From: Lytechinus pictus
Lineage: Eukaryota
Reading direction: 5' to 3'
Length of the DNA: 64,000 nucleotides
Assembly: GCF_037042905.1 (NCBI RefSeq)
Contig: NC_087252.1
Coordinates: 25,546,001 to 25,610,000 of the forward strand
Part shown: positions 51,601-64,000 of the stretch, one piece after another
How the letters are laid out: each line of letters begins with the position of its first letter
How positions within the stretch are numbered: the first letter of the stretch is position 1
Notes under the pieces: model-generated
The model's input: the letters and a program-made list of their open reading frames with translations, nothing else
Told to the model about the DNA's origin: nothing
The model's database searches: none
Program-made: the position numbers and the translations under genes

Positions 51601-53439
51601 CTAGGCCAAGTGATGCACTAGGAAGCTGAATTTCCGCATCATCGACTCGTGATTTTAAGTGCTGCACGCTTGACTGCTCCTTTTCGTTACTTGCCTCCTG
51701 AAAGTGACTCCATGCAGTTTGATATATCTTACGCAGGCCTGACAAGTTAGCTTTCGACATCTCAGCCAATATTAAGCTCATCCACTTCAAGGAATACATA
51801 ACAACATCAGGCTGCTTGTTCAGAATTGACATAAAGTCTTCGATGAATGGAGTTAATCCGTTCTTGCATAATTCAAACTGTTTTTCACGAAGATGCTCCA
51901 TCTTCTTCTTGTTTATAGGAATGTAGCGACATTCTTGTGGATGCCCAAACAAGCTTTTTTTACCCTTTCTGCGATCATCCTTTCGTAGCTTGAAGTATTC
52001 AATAGATCTCCTACCTTGCATTGGAAGTTGTAGGGCTTTACATTCCGCGATGTGTTCACCTTCAATGTGGCTGACAACATTTTCTGCCAAGGCCTTACCT
52101 TCAAGGCAGTCTTTGTCTTCATACTTATCTATGACGATTCCCATATTTTTTGCACGTCGAGCGCACTCTTCGATCGTTATACCGGCATACCAGGCGATAG
52201 CCTCTGACAGCTTTTCTCTAGCTTCAATCTTGAGCTCATTAGGATTTTTCTGAAAACCTTGCATGGTGTTGGATAAAATTATAGGGACCCCTTTCAGAAA
52301 GTCCTTGCCAACTGCAGTTAGACATGCTTGTAGTTCCATATTGAGTGTCATCGATTTCTTACTTCCACTTATCAACAAGAGTATGACTTTGGCACCAGTG
52401 TCCAAAATCTTTTGAAATGCGATGGTGTTAGGATCTCTAGCCAGGTCTTGAGGAGAGGCCGTCACAAATACCACGGATGATATTTCCTGCAAAATTTTAA
52501 TTTGTTTCTTCATTAATGAGGCATCGCCTCTCAAATTAAGGAACATTGCAGTGTTTTGGAGATGCTCCGTTTCTTTGCCTACTCCTATGAACCAGGAACA
52601 TTCCACAAGACCATCAGTTATTCTTCTGGGTACGGTACCATTGTTGCAATCGTGGTTAAAGAAGGTGCTATGACCGTCATCCCTAAGAATAGCGTTTGCC
52701 AACTTTGACTTAGACAGTGGTGGCCTGCCCAATCTGACGAAAGTCACCACAGGGAAAGGTCTTTCTGTCACTGACGTCTCAGAAATGTCCTTTTGCTTGG
52801 ACTGCCACTGAATAGTTATTGTTCGGAGTGCCCAAAGTGACATACCAACATTGCCTCCTGATCCAAGAGGGTAGAGAAAAGGAATTGCAAGTTTACACAC
52901 AAAGAGTTTCTGAGCAAGTGTTTGTTTTAGAAAGTTGTCACAACATGTAAATATTGCTACCAGGGCATCCAAAGGGTTAAGACGTGTTGCATTGTTTTCA
53001 ATACCTCTCGTGTTTTGCATTTCAAGAAGAGCCTCGAAGTCATAGTCACCTCCATCATCAGGTTTATTTTCTCTTGATGATTTCTTCACTTCTGACAAAA
53101 GTTGGTCTCTTGCATGAAAATTAATCATAAGGACTTTGTGTAGAAACATCCAAGGAAGATCAACAAGCTTCAAGTGCCCAATAAACTTTTTAATGACCAT
53201 TGCATCCAACAGGGAAATCTTAGATGGATAATATTTGTTTAAGCCTAGAGATGTTATGATATCTGAAAAATCACCTTGTTCTGTGACCCCAGCACTGGCT
53301 GTCATATCTGATCCTTCTTCGTGTGTGTTTCTGTCTATTGAGCTAAATACGTTTTGCATATCCGAAATATCCTCTTCTCGTGCCCCAGAAAATGACATCT
53401 TACCCGTTGTCTTTTCTGAAATGATACTCCTGTTCAAAC
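48665..53439 (-). CDS. GVIN1: Interferon-induced very large GTPase 1-like (GVIN1/VLIG/URGCP family), single large exon, C-terminally truncated
   Basis: 1590-codon open frame; G1 GMQSSGKS (51332-51355), RCTRG, G3 DTEG (51191-51202), FVHQNV, LWHGNP, CPFCKEPC. Acceptor ttcgcag before 53439 (phase 1); first in-frame ATG at 53398. The symbol indicates family, not orthology. Confidence 0.92.
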
Positions 53440-53676
53440 CTGCGAATAGTTGATATTAGAACAAAATATTACAACTAAGACAAATGATAACAGAATTATA
53501 CGAAATGAAACTCACACGCACCTGAACTGATTTTTTCCCTTGCTTAAATTTGTTATTGATTTAACTGCATATTCTCATTTAAGAACCAGTACAAATTCAC
53601 AAGCTAGAGCATCAGTCTTTATTTAGATATGATATCCTTGATAATCTTCATCATAGACATCATGGGAATAAATTTC

Positions 53677-54152
53677 GATTACACTTCGTAATTCCGCAGG
53701 TTCGTAATTCCGAAGGTTCTTTATTCCGAAGGTTCGTAATTCCAAAACACGTAAATTGCCTATACCTCGATGTTTGTTAATCCGAAAACGTAAAAGGGTT
53801 CGTTAATCCGAACATTTGTGGCGTTATTCCGAAGGTTCGATAATCCGAAAACGAAGTAAGGTTCGATGTTCCGACAGTTCGTTAATCCGAAAACGAAATA
53901 AGGTTCGTTGTTCCGAAGGTTCGTTAGTCCGAAAACGAAATAAGGTTAGTTTTAATCATTTAGTTTTCGGACTAACGAACCTTCGGAATTACGAACCTCA
54001 TTTCATTTTCGGATTTACAAACCTTCGGAATTACGAACCTCATTTCGTTTTCGGACTATCAAACCTTCGGAATTACGAACCTTCGGAATAACGAACCTTC
54101 GGAATATCCAAACCTTCGGAACAACGAAGCTTCGGAATTACGAATGTATGCG
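53677..54152. mobile_element. Small foldback-type element (same family as 13543-13875)
   Basis: Perfect 8-bp TSD TAAATTTC (53669-53676, 54153-54160); inverted arrays of ttccgaaggttcg units. Confidence 0.88.
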
Positions 54153-56010
54153 TAAATTTCGACCATGACTAAAGGGATTATTACAATCGTGATAATACGT
54201 GTGATGATTATAATGATGATAATAGTGATAATGCTCATGAAAAACAGGAAGTACGGAATGAAGTTTGAGGCACGTAATACACATTGAAAATGCCTCAAAA
54301 AATGTCAGACCATTTTACCGATATTGGCTCACTAAAAAGTGCCAAATTTGAAAGTTGATATTGATGTTTTTTGTTTTTAAAAAATTAATGCGAAAAAAAA
54401 ATTGCGACATTTTTGAAAAATTGCTTTAAAATTCCCATAAATTTTCTGCTAAATTTCAAAAAAATTTCCGGCAAGAATTTAATAATGCCAGTGTGTGTCA
54501 ATTTAGCAGCATTTATTTGAAAATTCATTGGCGAAGTATTTTTTAACATGAAAACAAAATTTATACAAAATTTCTGGAAACATTTCCATAAAGATACAGC
54601 AAGAATTTGCACAATGCCAATGACAGTCAATTTCACATCATTTACTCGAAAACTCACATATATATTTATATCAAGAAAACAAGTAGAACAATTTTATGGA
54701 AAATTTTGTAAAATTCCTGCAAAGTTTACACGAAATTTCCGAAAAAATGTATCAATTTTACAGCATGGACTTGAAAATGCATTCGCAATGATATTCGATG
54801 GGAAAAATATGTACTAAATTCGCAAACATTTGTTTTTCAAAATTTCTGCAAAATGTCAGGCAAGAAATGGCACAATACTTCAATTTCACTAAAGGGATAA
54901 GAAAATTCTTTATACGTTTTATGAAGTAAAAATGACCCTAAGAAAAAATGGGAAAATTATGCAAAATGTCCAGGGAAAAAAATGCAGCCCAAGAGCGTTT
55001 AAATCTCACGTCAGAAACTTGAAAATTGATTCATATTTTTTAAAATTTTAACTGGATATAGCACATTGATGCTTTCGTCAAACGTGAGAAACATTCCGAT
55101 TTTTATAGTAAATTTTTTCGGCTACATCATATCAAAATTTGAATAAATACGTTGACATTATAATATGGTGAAAATGTGTAAATTTATTAACGTCATTTTG
55201 ACATCTTGATTTGTCCAAATATACGACTCAGACGTTATCCAAGTGTGAGGAAAAATTGGGGATCCCATTTCTTTCCGATGTGCTACAATTAATCTTATTT
55301 TTAAACTTGCAAATGAAACACCATACGTCTTCAAAGCGTTATAGATGTTGGAATTGTGGTGTAGATGTTGGGTTACCAAACAGATAGGTAGCTTAAACAT
55401 TTCTGAGTGTAGTGAGATTGAAAACAATGTATTTTTAGGCATAATGTTTTAACTTTCATAAACACCTGAAAAAATATAGAGGTTGAACGGGTGAAACACC
55501 TCAGCTTACGCTTCGTATTCTTCACTTTACTCATTCCTTTACACTGTAAGAGATGAGGTGCTAATTTGGCACTTGCAGTGCTTGTGTAGTGGCTGCGCTG
55601 CGGGTGCTGATTTTCTAGTTTAAATTTTAACCAGAAAATCGGCACTCATGGTGTGGTCGCTGTGCAGGCGCTGTGGGTGCTGGGTTAGCACTTCATCTTT
55701 TACAGCGTACAATGCGTGTCGTCATTACAACAATTTATTTTGTATACCAGTCCAAGCTCGTGCTTGAATTAGAGTGCGCCATTACACAATATGCAGTGCT
55801 TGTCCTGCTATTTCTATCAATATTTATACTTGTTAATGTTTTTATTTCTATCAATATTTATACTTGTTTATGTTTATATTTCTATTGCTACTTTATTCAT
55901 CATACTCTCTGCTCAAGTGTATTTTATTTCATACATTTCAGCCTGCCCTTTTCGGACTGTCCCCTTTTCGACGTCCCCTTTTCCGTTATGAAAGAGAAAA
56001 CTTTCTTAAA

Positions 56011-56226
56011 GGGGAATCCAGCCTTGGCCATTAAATGTTGTGTTGAGAAGGAGAAAAATAAATTAAACAGAATGGTGAAAGTTTGCAAGAAATCGGACAA
56101 GCAATAAGAAAGTTATAGCTGCTTTGAAATTCATATCACTAATACTATGTAGGTTTCAAATTGGCAACTGGGTAAGTAAATTATGACAAGGGCAAGGACA
56201 ACTTTCCCATAGGCCATGTACTTTAT
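56011..56226. mobile_element. Kolobok-like MITE left part, interrupted by the piggyBac-like element
   Basis: ttaa|aggggaatccagcc start; the sequence is cut at TTAT by the 56227 insertion. Confidence 0.45.
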
Positions 56227-59200
56227 CCCTTTGCGTGCGACGGGCTTCCACAGAAGCCCAGCGAGTCGTTCACTTAGCTACGACGGGCTTCTACAGAAGC
56301 CGAGATATGTTTGGTTTAATTCAATGAAGTTTTTCAGCTTTTTCGTAATTGTTATGTACTAAAATCTCTGCAACTATTTCCTTTATAAACCTATTTCGAT
56401 AACAGATTGAAAAAAATATACAGCTACGTGGGGAAAAATCCCGAAATTAGGAAATCATTTCAACTTTACCCGATTTTCTCGTTGGAGTCTGACGGGGAGG
56501 ATAAATTTTGTGACGAGCACGTACGCGCGCGCACAAGGCCTGATCACGTGATTTGATCCATATCGATGTTCTGATAGATGTACGCTATCTTTTCTGCAAG
56601 ATCGTCACGTAATAAGCTACGCGTTTATTCACCATTTTCGTCTTATTTGTTTCATCAAGGATATATCACTTTAGATAGAATGATATCTCCTTGGTTTCAT
56701 TGATCGATTGTATTTTCAGAAAAACAAAAAGCTTGTTATGTCTTAGTACTTTGAGCTGATCTTGGTGCACTTTTGAACTTTTTCTCTCCCCATTATCCCC
56801 CTTCTTATTATTTTTGTCTACTATTCTGAAAAAAGGAGAAAAGAAAGCAGTTAAGCACACCATTCATCTTCTGCTCTTTTAAAAAAAGAAACGTCCATGT
56901 AGTTCATGATATCGGCACTATCCGAACAAAAGAATGTCTGGGCGGCCACTCAAACAAATTCCTTCCGAAAAGAGCAGGATACAGATGGTCAACGCCCCGA
57001 ACAAAAGGAAGATTAGTGTTTATCGGCAGGATGACCCATTGAATGCTTTTCGTACTTAGCAATACAAAAAGCTTTTATGAATACTTTTTTTTCGACCAAC
57101 AAACCGTATCTAAAAAGAAAAAATTGTCTCATTTACCGACAACGCAGGTGCTTATGACATCCGTCAGTGATTCATATTGCATAAAAGCGCTACCCCTGGG
57201 TGATGATGCATATAAGGATGAACGAAGAATCATTTAGGGAAATTATAGAAAAAATATGTTCAGATGTCACGGAGAACGAGAGAGAATGAGAGACAGAGAT
57301 AAAAGGGGGAATAGACAAGTGCGCTTTTGCTAAAATTCCATGAATATCTACTTAAACGAATAACATGACTTTATTTTTTGGTTAGATTACTTTTAAAAAA
57401 TCCCACAACGTTTGTTTGTCGCAACTCGGTCCCCAGACCCTTGCCATACTGACGAATTTTTATCATTATTCTTGTTTGACCTTGCCCCCTCCCCAGATGG
57501 AAATGTTCTGAACTACACTATAAACTTGCTTGTTTGTCTCCTCTCTCCGATTTTCTGTTTTTAATTGCGAGTAACGCGGTAGAAAAGATAAGAATAAAGA
57601 CCGTCTTGGCCACTTTTTTTCCCCGTTACGACCCCCCAAAAAAATTGCATTTGGGGCGCTTACCATGGTTAGCATCTAAACCAAAATATTTGGAAAAAGA
57701 TGTTATACAGGGACAGCAATGTTTTATTATGGTGCAGGGGTTGAGCTGTGGGACGGGGGTGAAGCGGCTAAAAAAAATTACAATTTGTTAATTCATGTCA
57801 TTTTACAGAATGAATTTATAATAGGTTAGGTTTTAGAAGCTCTCCATCTTATTTCCTTTTCTCTCCCAGATGAAAACTTTTGCATTGAAAAGTTGCCGGA
57901 AACATAATCACTTCAAATGATAAAATCAATAATGAACTAAAAGTTTCCTCGCGCGAAATGGAGGAAATAAAATGATACAGGATGATAATTTGTTTGTCTG
58001 GTGTGTCATCCGATAGAACCCTCTCAATCCTACAAACTTTTATTCATGTGTGACCTACACCCCCCCCCCCCAAAAAAAAAAATGTTGATACCGACCCAAA
58101 TTTTATTGATTTTCCTACTTTTTCGCCAATTTCTTTCTTCTTTTTTTTAACCGGCGAATAGCGTGGTAGAAAAGATTCATAGAGGAAAACAAATTGTTTC
58201 CGTTACTGCAAACAATCATTTGGGGCGCTTACCCTGGTTAGCATCAAAACCAAAATATCTGATTTTTTAAAATAAAAAACAGGGGCCACTGAGCGTTTTT
58301 GATAATGGAGGGGTTGAGCTGAATGTGGGAGGGAGTGGACCGGCCCCCCAAAAATCATAAATTTATATAGACTTCGGATTTTTTTGTACATGTTTGCTGA
58401 AAGGGGTGAGGACTGAAACTTCCTACCAACTCCGCTGCCTCTGTACTATGAGATTGAACGATTAAAACGATAGAGACAAAAATGAATTCTAACTATTGTG
58501 AATGTTTTTTAATGATTTATTTATTACTTTGTTTTCGGCTGTGAAATCAAGGAGACAATATAACAAAACGAAGGAGATAATCGAACAAAACGAAAGAACA
58601 TGATTACGGATGCTATAATTTATTCAAGAAAAATTACTTTCTCTTACTTTCAGTAATTGCTATCATGGCTCTTTTTGAGGGAATAGTAAGATAAAGAAAG
58701 AAATGTAGAAAGTGACAAGAAGAGAGTTGGGAGGTATGATTTCAGACTTACAATTTTGGTCACTTTCATTCGTTTAACACTTTGAAATAATTTCAGGATA
58801 TTACAAATCGAATACCGGTGCGCAAACTTCAGGAACAAAATTATTTTATCATTATAATACTAGTAGCTGCGTGGAAAATCAAATTAAATGAGACATATCA
58901 TTTATGAAAAAATCTAAAAAAGAAAATTACTTTTAGTGAAAGATTGAGGCCTGTCTTGCCATAACCCTAAGCCCCAAGTTCACAAATAGTTTAGTTGTGC
59001 ATTTTTATACAATGATGATGATCATCATCATCATATTGTCTTTTGCGAAATATATCTACCCATGTTATCAATATAGAAAATGGAAGATGATATAGAATTC
59101 ATTGTGAAATGACAGTTACAATAGTAATTTTAAAAGGTTTTTCGAGACATTATTTGAGAAACTGGGGGAAAACCCCCCAAAATTTTCGACATGATGACCA

Positions 59201-61869
59201 CGATGAAATAGAACGAGAGTCCCACAAATCCAACCATCTCCGATACAAGTTGGCAAAAACGAGGCATTCTCTCTGAACCGTTTCCGATGAAGAGAGAAAG
59301 AGAAGGGGGAGACGTTAGATGTAATGTAAAATGACAGGTACTGAGAAGAAAAAATCAGAAAGGATTGAGGGGGATGGGGGCGGGTATATACCTCGTAATC
59401 CAAATCGGGAAGAAGGAAGACGATACAGATATAATTTAAATGAGAAGAATTAAGAGAAAAAACGGTGTAGAAGGGAGGGGATATAGAAAGACGATAGATA
59501 TAAGGGAATGAAAGCTGTAGATAATACATTCGGTTACATGTTAGAAACCAGAGAAAGGGAAAACGAGGAAATCCCTAATTGGCACCGTTTTATAAATACA
59601 TTATACATGTACATTTTATATTGACAAATGCGCAATAATTTAAACAAATTTACCATCCGCCAGTCAAATAGAAGGATTTCAGTAGCTTTCAAGTGTTATT
59701 GAAAATTTGTAAACAAATTTTATATAAAACGGGCCCCTGGTTTATATTTGAACCCCCCCCCCTCCGCTTTCTCTCGTTCTCTCATCCTATATTGCTCTTA
59801 TTTTTGTCTTCTATTTCAAAGGAAACAAACAGAAAATAAAGGAATTTAGCACACCGTTTATCCTCTGCTCTTTTGAAAATGAAAAACGTCCATGTAGTTC
59901 TTGATCTCGGCACTCCCCAAACAAAAAGAAAGTCATGGCGGACGCTCAAACAAATTCCTTATAAAAAGAGCAGGGGACAAATAGCCAACGCCCTGAATAA
60001 AAGGAAGATTAGTATATTTCGTCAGGATGACCTACTGAATGCTTCTCGTATTTAGCAATACAAAAAGCTCTTACTGCTTTTCATATTAGGACAGTAACAT
60101 TAAAAAAATAAATGTTTACTCATTTATTGACAAAACATGGCAGGCGCTTAAGACATGGCAAGAACATTTTCTTCTTGAGCATGACAGTGCTTTCTTCACA
60201 AAAAATACAATTCCCCCTGGGTGATGATACATAGAGGGATGGAAGAAGATGCAAGTGAGATTTAAAAAAAAGAATAGAAAATGCAAATCGAGATACATGT
60301 ATAGGAGAATGATAAAACGACAGAAAGGATGGAAGGGCAAAAAGAGGAAATGGACCAAAAAGGTATAATGTAAACCATAATGTGCGCTTTTGCTATTTCA
60401 TGAATATTTACTTATAAAGAATTATAGAATACTAGTCCCTCACCTCAATTTGTAACTCACGTCATTTTATAGAATGAATTTGTCATGTTAGGTTTTGGAA
60501 GAATTTCATCTCATTCTCTCTTTCTCTCCCAAGCAGGTGAAATTTTTTGCATTGAAAATTCGACAAAAGCATAATCAGTTCAAACGCTAAAACTAACAAT
60601 GAACTAAAAGTTTCCTCGCCGGAAATTAAGGAAAAAGAATAAGAATTTACGTTGAGGCATCCACCTAAAAAAAAAACATGTTTGTTTGACGTGTCCCGAC
60701 AAACCCCTCTCAATCTTACACCTAACCCTCCCCCTAAAAATGTTATTAATTTTTTTCGCCAGTTTCTTTCTTCTTTTTTTTTCTTTTGTTTTTCTGGCGA
60801 ATAGCGTAGCAGAAAAGGATCCATATAAAGAAAAAAAAAGACAGGTTGACCTTTTTTTTTGGGGGGGGGGGGCGCTAACCCTGGTGAGAATCAACACCCA
60901 AATATTTGAAAAAGATGTATAAATATATTTAATTCAGATGCTACAATTTCAATAGATAAAAATAATTTACTTTCTCTCATTGTGACGAACAGTAATCGGT
61001 AGCATGGTTATTTTGGAGGGAAAAGGGAGATAGAAAAATGAAACGTAGAACAAGACGAGGAGAGCGTTGGGAGGTATGATTTTAGATCCACTATTTGAGT
61101 CACATTTACCTCCTTCGCTCTTTGAAATTGCAACAGGAAAACAAATCGAAGACTGGTATGCAATCTTCAGGAACAAAATAATCTTTTTATTACAAACTAT
61201 AATTCATTAAAGGAGAAACAAAAGGCGATTTTAGTAATACATTGAGGCCACCGTCTTAAAGCACCAGAAGCCAAAAATCACAAAATAGTTTTGGACTTTC
61301 GTTGCGCAGCATCATCATTGTACTTGCAAGGGAACATTCACCCTTTTTTATTCATTCTGGAAAATAAAGTTATTTGGTATGCTGTGATTTCACCCAAAAC
61401 GGATTATCGTCGTAATTATTCACTTTGCAAATGATCTGTATACAAGGGGGTTAAGATACCATTCATGAGGAGCGTGACAATAGGCAATGCCGAAAAAAAG
61501 CACCAGAGCAGACAACAAAGCGGTATCGATCGAACCCGACTTGTCCGCGCGTGCTGATTGCCCTTACGCATTTTTGTACACAGTGCCTATTGACTTGGGA
61601 AAAAGCGAAGATTTGGCAAAATAACATAACTTTTTCCTCATAAATTTCTTAACTATTCTGTTGGTTTGAGAAGCGAGACCTTTAGTTCTAGAAAGAAAAA
61701 TGTATGATCTTTCATCTTTACATTTACTAAAAATCCTGAAAATACTTCAGTTTGGCGCAATTAGCAATAGATTAGGAAAACACCGTCACAGATCCAAATA
61801 CCAGCAATGTACAAAAACAGCTCCGCCGCAGGGAGGGGTATCCGGTTTCAAGGGCCCGCACGCAAAGGG
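56227..61869. mobile_element. Non-autonomous piggyBac-like element (5.6 kb) with TTAT TSD
   Basis: Perfect 13-bp TIRs CCCTTTGCGTGCG / CGCACGCAAAGGG; TTAT on both sides; no transposase ORF; internal diverged direct duplication (~56840-59050 vs ~59840-61320). Confidence 0.8.
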
Positions 61870-61891
61870 TTATTATCAGGGATTTGTGGTT

Positions 61892-62705
61892 TCCCTTACA
61901 AAAAATTCCTGTAGTACCTTTGTGGTACTCTGTTGTACCTGTGTGATACTTCTGTTGTACATGTCAGTACAACAGAAATCCTGTGGTTTCACTCTGTGAT
62001 AGTTCTGTCATACTTCTGTGGTACATGAAAATTTCTAAATTTCCTGCAGTACCTTAATGGTACTCTGTTGTACCTGTGTGATACTTCTGTTGTACATGTC
62101 AGTACAACAGAAATCCTGTGGTTTCACTCTGTGATAGTTCTGTCATACTTCTGTGGTACATGAAAATTTCTAAATTTCCTGCAGTACCTTAATGGTACTC
62201 TGTTGTACCTGTGTGATACTTCTGTTGTACATAATAGCTTACGGAATTACGACAGAAATCCTGTGGTTTCACTCTGTGATAGTTCTGTCATACTTCTGTG
62301 GTACATGAAAATGTCAAAATTTCCTGCAGTACTCCTATGGTATACCTGTGATAGTTCTGTGGTACATGAAAATTTAAAATTTCCTGCTGTACTTTCAAAT
62401 TTTCCTGTGGTAATTCTATGGCAGCCCTGTGATACTTCTGTGATACATGAAAATTGTCAAATATCCTGCAGTACGTGATCTATGGTAGCTCTGTGATACT
62501 TTTGCGATATAGGAACATTTTTAAAATTTCCTGTGGTACTTCTCTGGCAGCCCTGTTGTACCCCAGAAATTACAATATGACTGAAACTGCGTCACAGACG
62601 TTCTGTAGTATCGCTCTGTGGTACTTCTGTGGTACATGAAGATTTTCCTTCAGTACTTGTACAGTATACCTGTTGTACCACAGAAAGTTTTATTTTCTTT
62701 GAGGG
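61892..62705. repeat. Repeat element with ~135-bp tandem units built of CTGTGGTAC-like motifs
   Basis: tactctgttgtacctgtgtgatac at 61926, 62061 and 62196; ends ccctt... / ...tgaggg suggest short TIRs. Confidence 0.65.
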
Positions 62706-63060
62706 ATTTATCTTTTTTCAGTTTAAGGGAGAGGGGGGTCAGTGGCATTATGAGTCTACTTTAGGCCAAACAAATAGCTTGAAGGGCAACATTCATTTAA
62801 AGACACAATTTTTTAATACAAAATACAATTTTTGTCAGCCATATTTTGACAGTATGTTTGAGAAATATATTTCACCCTGTCCTTTCCTTTTCTATCTTTT
62901 CTATCTTTTCTCATTTCTTTTTTGTGAAACTTTGGGGGTCCATGGCTCAGTTAAAATGCCATCAACTATTTTTGTTTTTGTTTGGTAACCCAGTTTTTAT
63001 GACACCATACACTCAAAACATAACACACACACATTCTGTGATAAAGCTGTGTTGGATTAC

Positions 63061-63590
63061 AAAGGGATGCTCCGGGCTGAAAATCGGACAAACAAAACAT
63101 TGAAAATTTGATCAAAATCGGACAATTAATAACAAAGTGATGGAACTTTAAAAATTCTGGTGAAACAATTCAAGGCATGTCTTCATGAATTTTCAGTGAG
63201 CAAATTGATGTCATATCCCCACTTGTGAAACTAGGTTTATTTGATTTTTTTTCTACCAAGAACAAAAAAAAAATGGACAGTTTATTTAGTGCATTGGATT
63301 GCTGTAACTTATTTCATAACAGAGGAGACACATTATTCACACATGTATGAAAAAAATTACTATGATTTCATGTCATAACATAGCAAAAAGGAAAGTGGGG
63401 ATGTGACATCAGCCCATCTAATGATTGTTCATAAAAACGTGCATGTAACAATAAAAAAATAATGCTTAACTTTAAAATCCAATAGCTTCATAATTTTTTA
63501 TCTGATTTTGATGAAATTTTCATCATGTTGCTCTGTGAATTTCACTCTGTTTATTAAGATATAAATATTTTCAGCCCGGAGTACCCCTTT
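63061..63590. mobile_element. Kolobok-like MITE
   Basis: aaagggatgctccgggctgaaaat ... attttcagcccggagtaccccttt TIRs. Confidence 0.7.
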
Positions 63591-63707
63591 ACACCACGGC
63601 CCTGGGAATCACCCAAGAGATTCTTCAAGGAGTGCTTTCTATGTTATTTACTATAGGCAGCAGTCCCTGGAAATCAGGTTGACAAGCAAAAAAAAGGAAC
63701 AGTTTAA

Positions 63708-64000
63708 AGGAGAATGAAACCCTTGAAACCAGCTGAATCCATATCAAAGAGAAAAACCAAAGAAACATAGTGTTGAAAGTTTGAGGAAGATTGAATGAAT
63801 AATAAGAAAGTTATGAGCATTTGAATATTGAGATCACTAATGCCATGTAGATCCTCCCATTGGCAATGCGACCAAGATCTGTGATGTCACACACGTACAA
63901 CTCCCTCATTACTTTAGTACTTATTTCACTTATATTCTCACTTTTATAGAGTCTATCACAAGGTGAGGTGTTCTCTTTATGAGAGGACAAGTACAGAGGT
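63708..64000. mobile_element. Probable Kolobok-like MITE, cut by the window end
   Basis: ttaa|aggagaatgaaaccc start and internal aataagaaagttat motif shared with the 56011 element. Confidence 0.45.

Noticed and set aside
48706..53453. Plus-strand ORFs overlapping the GTPase (e.g. 50930-51445)
   Set aside because: Antisense shadows of a long coding exon, with no independent motifs.
55373..55645. Upstream coding exon for the GTPase (phase-1 C|GTAAG donor near 55510)
   Set aside because: The phase fits, but the peptide has no recognisable domain and the region looks repeat-derived; it cannot be supported without transcripts.

Overview
AT-rich, repeat-dense animal genomic DNA. An echinoderm, probably a sea urchin, is inferred from the repeat types and gene content. 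Two immune-type genes lie on the minus strand. (1) A spliced type-I membrane Ig-superfamily gene was reconstructed by hand from four exons joined by phase-1 introns: signal peptide 18755-18680, V-type Ig 15610-15263, second Ig plus stalk 12991-12578, and TM plus start of tail 11227-11138. Its 3' end is unresolved. (2) A GVIN1/VLIG/URGCP-family very large GTPase exon runs from 53439 to 48665. Its C-terminus was cut off by a 2.6-kb foldback (TU-like) transposon with an 8-bp TSD. The orphaned C-terminal coding segment (about 45760-46088) is full of stops, while the upstream ~1560 codons are intact. Between the genes is a 9-kb higher-order tandem array of six ~1374-bp units, built from a Helentron-type (HINE) element with 154-bp subrepeats that each carry a DR1 motif. 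Intron 1 of the Ig gene holds a Penelope-like inverted repeat with two minimal hammerhead ribozyme motifs. The rest is a 5'-truncated L1/Tx1 LINE with TSD, RTE and CR1/L2 LINE remnants, two tRNA-derived SINEs, many nested MITEs (Tc1/mariner-, hAT-, Kolobok- and piggyBac-like) and minisatellites. All calls were made by eye; no database searches were run.
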